Assembly: GCA_907165135.1 (NCBI GenBank)
Contig: OU015567.1
Location: 868,001-932,000, forward strand
DNA: 64,000 nucleotides
Direction of reading: 5' to 3'
Origin: Oikopleura dioica
Lineage: Eukaryota > Animalia > Chordata
The position numbers and the translations under genes are program-made. Positions 59,677-64,000 of this stretch are shown piece after piece (within the stretch, counting starts at the first letter, position 1; each line of letters begins with the position of its first letter). The notes beneath the pieces are model-generated. The model was not told the DNA's origin. It did no database searches and saw nothing but the letters and a program-made list of their open reading frames with translations.

Positions 59677-62600
59677 CTAAAAATTTATATTATCTAAAGG
59701 CGAAGCAACCATTTTCTCAAAATCCTTATTTCTTTGACTCTCTAACACAGTTCGACCACTTCCAAGGAATTCCTGCAACCTCTCTTTCTCAATAAAAATC
59801 TTAAATAAATGACGACTGTTACGATTATAATGGACTCCAGTATTAAGATCTTCAATTGTAAGAGCACTCTTTAAGCCCACTTTTACAACTCTGAAAGGCC
59901 CCTTGACTTTATTAGCTGTAACTCCTACTGGGTCTCGTAACATGCAGATATCTCCAATCTGAAATTTTGGCTGTTGCTCTTGAGATTTGAACAAATATCT
60001 TTCAATTTTTTGCCCCATAAGCCAATTTTGGAGTTTTTCAAGGTAAATCAGCTTTTCGCTCGGTAAAATCGCCCTTTCATCATTCAAATATAGAGGTAAG
60101 TAATTCGGTGGGTCGAGATTTGAAAAAACTTGATTCGGCGTTAAGTTCCCCAAGTCCCTTTTCGGGCTATGATTCAAAAATGCCGTAGCCAACTGCACTT
60201 TATATTCAATATTTGATGCCGAAAAAGTTGTGCATCGAAGTCGTTCCCTCAATTCTTTATGGCTCCTTTCACACAAATTTGAACGGCTATTATATGGCGA
60301 ATTTAATGCCCTGTTTATATTGAGAACCTTAAGTGCTTCCCGCACCGCCGCGCTGACAAACTCTTTGCCGTTATCATTTATAACAATCGAGTAACTTCCA
60401 CCCAACTCGGCTAAAACGACTACAATCTTAGGAACCATTTCCTCGCTACTTTTATTTCTGACTTTCTTGATAAAAAGTTTTCTGCTGAATTCGTCAACAA
60501 AAGAGATAAATAGATTACTTTTTCCCTCATTCGTTCTGATGTCAACGACATCCAAATGGATTTTCTCAAGTGACTTTAAAGCAGGCTCCCTCAAATACTG
60601 CTGCTTTTCAAAAGAATGTTTAGTTGTCATGCGAATCTTGCAGTACGTACAATATCTAAGGACTTCATCAATGATTCGCTGCTTATTTTTTATTAAAATC
60701 TTGTACGTTCTCACTTTTGTTAAAATCTCCTGCCGACTAGCATGCATGCAACCCACATGCAAAAATTGAACGACCTCTTTCGCTTGAGATGGTGGGATCA
60801 TTAGCAAATTCGCCCCCGATTTCACCCTTTGAAATAAAAGATCGTTTTGCAAAGCGTACTCCTTATCTCCAATCGTTCGGAACTCGCCGTTTGACTTCTC
60901 ATTAATTTCCTTAAAATCTTCCCTCTGCGCCTTTATGAGATTTTTAATGTCGATCTCGTAAACGACCTTTCCAATTTCTGTCAAATTATTAACACAAGAA
61001 AGCTCAAGCTCTAAATTTTTCGGACTGAAAATTCGCGGATTTATTTCATCAATGATAAAATTGCTATTTCGGCTTATAAAATCGACGACGTTGATAACCT
61101 CCGATGTCCCTGCACAGTGTAAAATTCTAAGGTTCGGAAAATCCAATAACACGGCAAACGCCTTTCGAACCCTCGTTTGCCCGGCGCCTCTAAAGTTTAT
61201 ATTTTTGAGTACCTCAGTCAAAGACTTGTGATCCACAATAGCCAGTAAAGGCATATCTTTCGGCAATATATCTGAAAACGACTGCAAGCAGGTCGATAGC
61301 GCAATAAGTTCCCTGGACCTGGCCGAGAGCAGTATCTCCTGCTCGTCCAGCTTTCTACTACAAAATGCCGCGAACTGAATATCGCTCACTTCATTATCAT
61401 ATAAATGACAATTTCCAAGTGCTCCCCCAGTAGCGTAAAGTGAGGAATCGCTTGCCACGAAACAATAGTTCCCATCTGTCCCGTTAAAATATTTTAAATG
61501 GATCATTTGCACTCCATTTTCTTTGATTCGCCTTTTTAATTCATCAATGTCCGCCTTAATCTGTTCAGTGAGCATATACTTTTTCCCTTTGCCAGATTCC
61601 TTCGCGAGCGAAGTAAGCAACTCAGAAGCACCTCGAATAAGACGATTAAAATAATTTACAGTCCCTAGCCACCTCTGTGCCTCTTTCGACGTTTCCGGAT
61701 ATTTAAGATTCAAAATACCCTCGATCTTTTTCAAGTCCGCACGATAACCTTTCTCAGAGATCAAGAAGCCCAAAAATTTTGTATCCGCTTTATAAAAGCT
61801 GCATTTTTTCAATGAAACAACCACGTTTTCTTCCTTGAACAAAGTAAAAATCTTATCAATCGCTTTATTGAAATGTTTCCCAACGGTTATAACCAGGATA
61901 TCATCCATATAACAGATGACCCGAAAAAAGTTTTTCTCTTTGACCTCAATTTTCGCGAAAAGTTTACTTATAAAAGCTGTAAACGTCGACGGCGATGTCG
62001 CCAAACCTAGCGACATTTTTAGATACTCAAACTGCTTGTCATTAAATATAAAAGAAGTATATTCCCTCTTTCCTTGTCTTAAAGCGAGAGTATAAAAAGC
62101 ATTACGAATATCGATGCTGGAAAAATATATTTGTTCCCCTGGAAAATCAGATTTCAACTCCGTAATATATCTCGAAATAGTGGTAAGGATCGTTCTTATG
62201 GTCTGAATTGGCCACCTCGGCAGAATTAACCTCTCATTAAGCGATTTTTGTCCCCTCGATGCCCCGCTATAATTTTGAACGATTCTAATTGACCCGTCAG
62301 ATTTTGGAACAGTTAGCAGAGGGGCGTTCCATCCAGAATTTCCCAATCTTATTATCCCAGCAGTCTCCATCTCCGATAATTTTCCCTCTACAGCTGGTAA
62401 TTGACTATTGTCCATATTATACGGTTTAGCAAAAGTAGGAACCCCTGCATCATCAATAACAAGGTCTGCAACAAAACTACAACTGTATCCACAATCACTC
62501 GAATTTCTTGAATAAATCCAATGATGCTTATTGAGAACAACTATAAGCCCCGGTTTATACTCTTGAGGAGCTCCTTCTGCGGCTGCTAGAATTTCTGCTG

Positions 62601-63426
62601 AAATATCTGACTCATTGACTAATTGATTACGCCGCTCGCGCCAGATTTCGATTTCTTTTTCATGAACAACCCTCTCAAAATTTTCTATTTGTCCCATCTC
62701 CCTTAGGAAATTTATTTGATTCCGCTCAACTATTTCTAAAATTGGAAAATTTTCGCTTACAAGTACCCCAATGCCCGTGTGATTTTCAAGTTTAATTAAC
62801 GTCCTTGATGAGTCAAGTTCTCGATTTAAGTTCGCGTAAATTCCATTTTCAAGGAGCTCGAAATCTGTATCAGTAAAAACTTTCTTTAATTGATGATTGA
62901 TTCTGGCCCATGCGTGACCATGCGGTGGAACATAAACATCTGCCCTCACTAAAATGCACTTTCCTCTCTTGCTCATGTCTGGATTATCTAAAATAACCCA
63001 CGGATACTCCTCATAATCATCTTCGACTATTTGCATATTATTCAAATACAGAACCCTCGAATTCAGAACACGTTTAAGATCAATAAATTTCAGAACATCA
63101 AACCCCAAAATCCCATCATATGAAAGATCATTATTCCAGATGTTAATTTCAACATTACTACAACAAACTGAACTATCCAAGCCTTCAATTCGGATGTCAC
63201 AATCAATTTTCTCTATTACTCTACACATTGTTGAACCCGCCGCGTTTCCGATGCATAACGCACGTTTTCTTGGACAGAATTTAATAGAAGAACCCTCAAG
63301 AAGACCCTTTTTGACAAAACTTTTCTCAGAACCAGTATCAACTAAAAAACAAAATGGCCCCTTCTCGACTTTTGATATCCCTAAAAATTGACATATCGTT
63401 ACCAAAACGGTTGGTAACGAGCTCAT
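59677..63426 (-). CDS. pol: Pol polyprotein (protease, RT, RNase H, integrase)
   Basis: LVDTGS; SSIDIRNAF, GLATSPSTF, YMDDILV; ASDSS..RELIAL..VDHKSL; HHCC, HLDVVD..NDNGKEF..ERSHKEL, KGPF. Confidence 0.97.
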   Translation of the reverse strand: MSSLPTVLVTICQFLGISKVEKGPFCFLVDTGSEKSFVKKGLLEGSSIKFCPRKRALCIGNAAGSTMCRVIEKIDCDIRIEGLDSSVCCSNVEINIWNNDLSYDGILGFDVLKFIDLKRVLNSRVLYLNNMQIVEDDYEEYPWVILDNPDMSKRGKCILVRADVYVPPHGHAWARINHQLKKVFTDTDFELLENGIYANLNRELDSSRTLIKLENHTGIGVLVSENFPILEIVERNQINFLREMGQIENFERVVHEKEIEIWRERRNQLVNESDISAEILAAAEGAPQEYKPGLIVVLNKHHWIYSRNSSDCGYSCSFVADLVIDDAGVPTFAKPYNMDNSQLPAVEGKLSEMETAGIIRLGNSGWNAPLLTVPKSDGSIRIVQNYSGASRGQKSLNERLILPRWPIQTIRTILTTISRYITELKSDFPGEQIYFSSIDIRNAFYTLALRQGKREYTSFIFNDKQFEYLKMSLGLATSPSTFTAFISKLFAKIEVKEKNFFRVICYMDDILVITVGKHFNKAIDKIFTLFKEENVVVSLKKCSFYKADTKFLGFLISEKGYRADLKKIEGILNLKYPETSKEAQRWLGTVNYFNRLIRGASELLTSLAKESGKGKKYMLTEQIKADIDELKRRIKENGVQMIHLKYFNGTDGNYCFVASDSSLYATGGALGNCHLYDNEVSDIQFAAFCSRKLDEQEILLSARSRELIALSTCLQSFSDILPKDMPLLAIVDHKSLTEVLKNINFRGAGQTRVRKAFAVLLDFPNLRILHCAGTSEVINVVDFISRNSNFIIDEINPRIFSPKNLELELSCVNNLTEIGKVVYEIDIKNLIKAQREDFKEINEKSNGEFRTIGDKEYALQNDLLFQRVKSGANLLMIPPSQAKEVVQFLHVGCMHASRQEILTKVRTYKILIKNKQRIIDEVLRYCTYCKIRMTTKHSFEKQQYLREPALKSLEKIHLDVVDIRTNEGKSNLFISFVDEFSRKLFIKKVRNKSSEEMVPKIVVVLAELGGSYSIVINDNGKEFVSAAVREALKVLNINRALNSPYNSRSNLCERSHKELRERLRCTTFSASNIEYKVQLATAFLNHSPKRDLGNLTPNQVFSNLDPPNYLPLYLNDERAILPSEKLIYLEKLQNWLMGQKIERYLFKSQEQQPKFQIGDICMLRDPVGVTANKVKGPFRVVKVGLKSALTIEDLNTGVHYNRNSRHLFKIFIEKERLQEFLGSGRTVLESQRNKDFEKMVASPLDNINF

Positions 63427-63434
63427 ATTGCTGA

Positions 63435-64000
63435 TTAATCCCTCTTCTGAGCTCTTTCAGGACATTCTTGAATCCAGTGCCCTGGAACGTTACAAATTCT
63501 ACAAATATATCCGGCTGGTGGGACAGTCGACTTCTTTTCTTCTTTGCGTTCTCCTTGAGAAGAGGAGTCCTTCTGAGGTCTACGTAATGGCTTCGTACAA
63601 TCCTGAACTCGGTGTGATGAATCTCCACATCTGAAACATCCGCTTTTCGACTTATAAAAACACTCTCTCGCCGTGTGATTTGCCCTTCCGCAAACGTAGC
63701 ATTTATTGCGCAACGATTCAATCCCGCGACTCGTTGGTCTGTCACCCTTTTTCTCGCCCCATTTTTTCGCCTTCAGGGCGTTCGTTTCCGAATCAGTTTC
63801 ATCCTTCAAATTATTCACACTTGATTCAGCGGGGGTACTGTCTATTATTTGCTGGGCAAATCGAATGATTTCTTCCGGGTTTCTATCCTCGCACCCGATT
63901 CGGAAAAGAATTTGATTGGAGATCGACTTAGGCAATTTCCCCTTGAACTCGCGTAACGTAATTGCATCAATTGCGCTTTCCCCATTCTTTCCATCAATAT
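63435..64000 (-). CDS. gag: Gag C-terminus with three CCHC zinc knuckles (open to the window edge)
   Basis: CYVCGRANHTAREC, CFRCGDSSHRVQDC, CRICNVPGHWIQEC. Confidence 0.9.
   Translation of the reverse strand, partial: IDGKNGESAIDAITLREFKGKLPKSISNQILFRIGCEDRNPEEIIRFAQQIIDSTPAESSVNNLKDETDSETNALKAKKWGEKKGDRPTSRGIESLRNKCYVCGRANHTARECFYKSKSGCFRCGDSSHRVQDCTKPLRRPQKDSSSQGERKEEKKSTVPPAGYICRICNVPGHWIQECPERAQKRD

Larger units (their letters stand above)
56299..64000 (-). mobile_element. Ty3/gypsy LTR retrotransposon with env (Tor-like endogenous retrovirus), 5' end outside the window
   Basis: gag-pol(PR-RT-RH-IN)-env-ORF4-ORF5-PPT-LTR order, with no stops or frameshifts inside the ORFs. Inserted in a repeat whose empty site (TTGATAAAAAAAT|CATC) is at about 31063-31077. 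Confidence 0.95.

Noticed and set aside
60467-60769. Plus-strand ORFs antisense to pol and env
   Set aside because: Shadow frames of long coding sequence without independent support.
63338-63745. 135-aa third-frame ORF across the gag-pol junction
   Set aside because: No motif or start context; length is compatible with chance in overlapping coding sequence.

Overview
Eukaryotic, intron-containing, AT-rich DNA, most likely from the larvacean tunicate Oikopleura (inferred from very short introns, non-canonical donors, a Tor-type env-bearing LTR element and an Oikopleura-style Cys-rich gene). Bases 1-56298 are a scrambled, all-direct-orientation amplification of a ~17.5 kb gene block. The block holds a pterin (tetrahydrobiopterin-type) synthesis and transport cluster: GTP cyclohydrolase I, 6-pyruvoyl-tetrahydropterin synthase, a CBR1-like short-chain reductase, an SLC28 nucleoside transporter and an SLC43 transporter. 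A rhodopsin-class GPCR and an unknown gene sit alongside, and an orphan C2H2 gene and a Cys-rich pseudogene are interleaved. Four genes each carry a different TIR+TSD miniature transposon inserted inside a coding exon, so these elements would have to be spliced out as new introns. Bases 56299-64000 are an apparently intact minus-strand Ty3/gypsy (Tor-like) element with gag, pol and env plus two extra ORFs between env and the 3' LTR. Exon boundaries were read by eye. Copy number could be partly an assembly or haplotype artefact.
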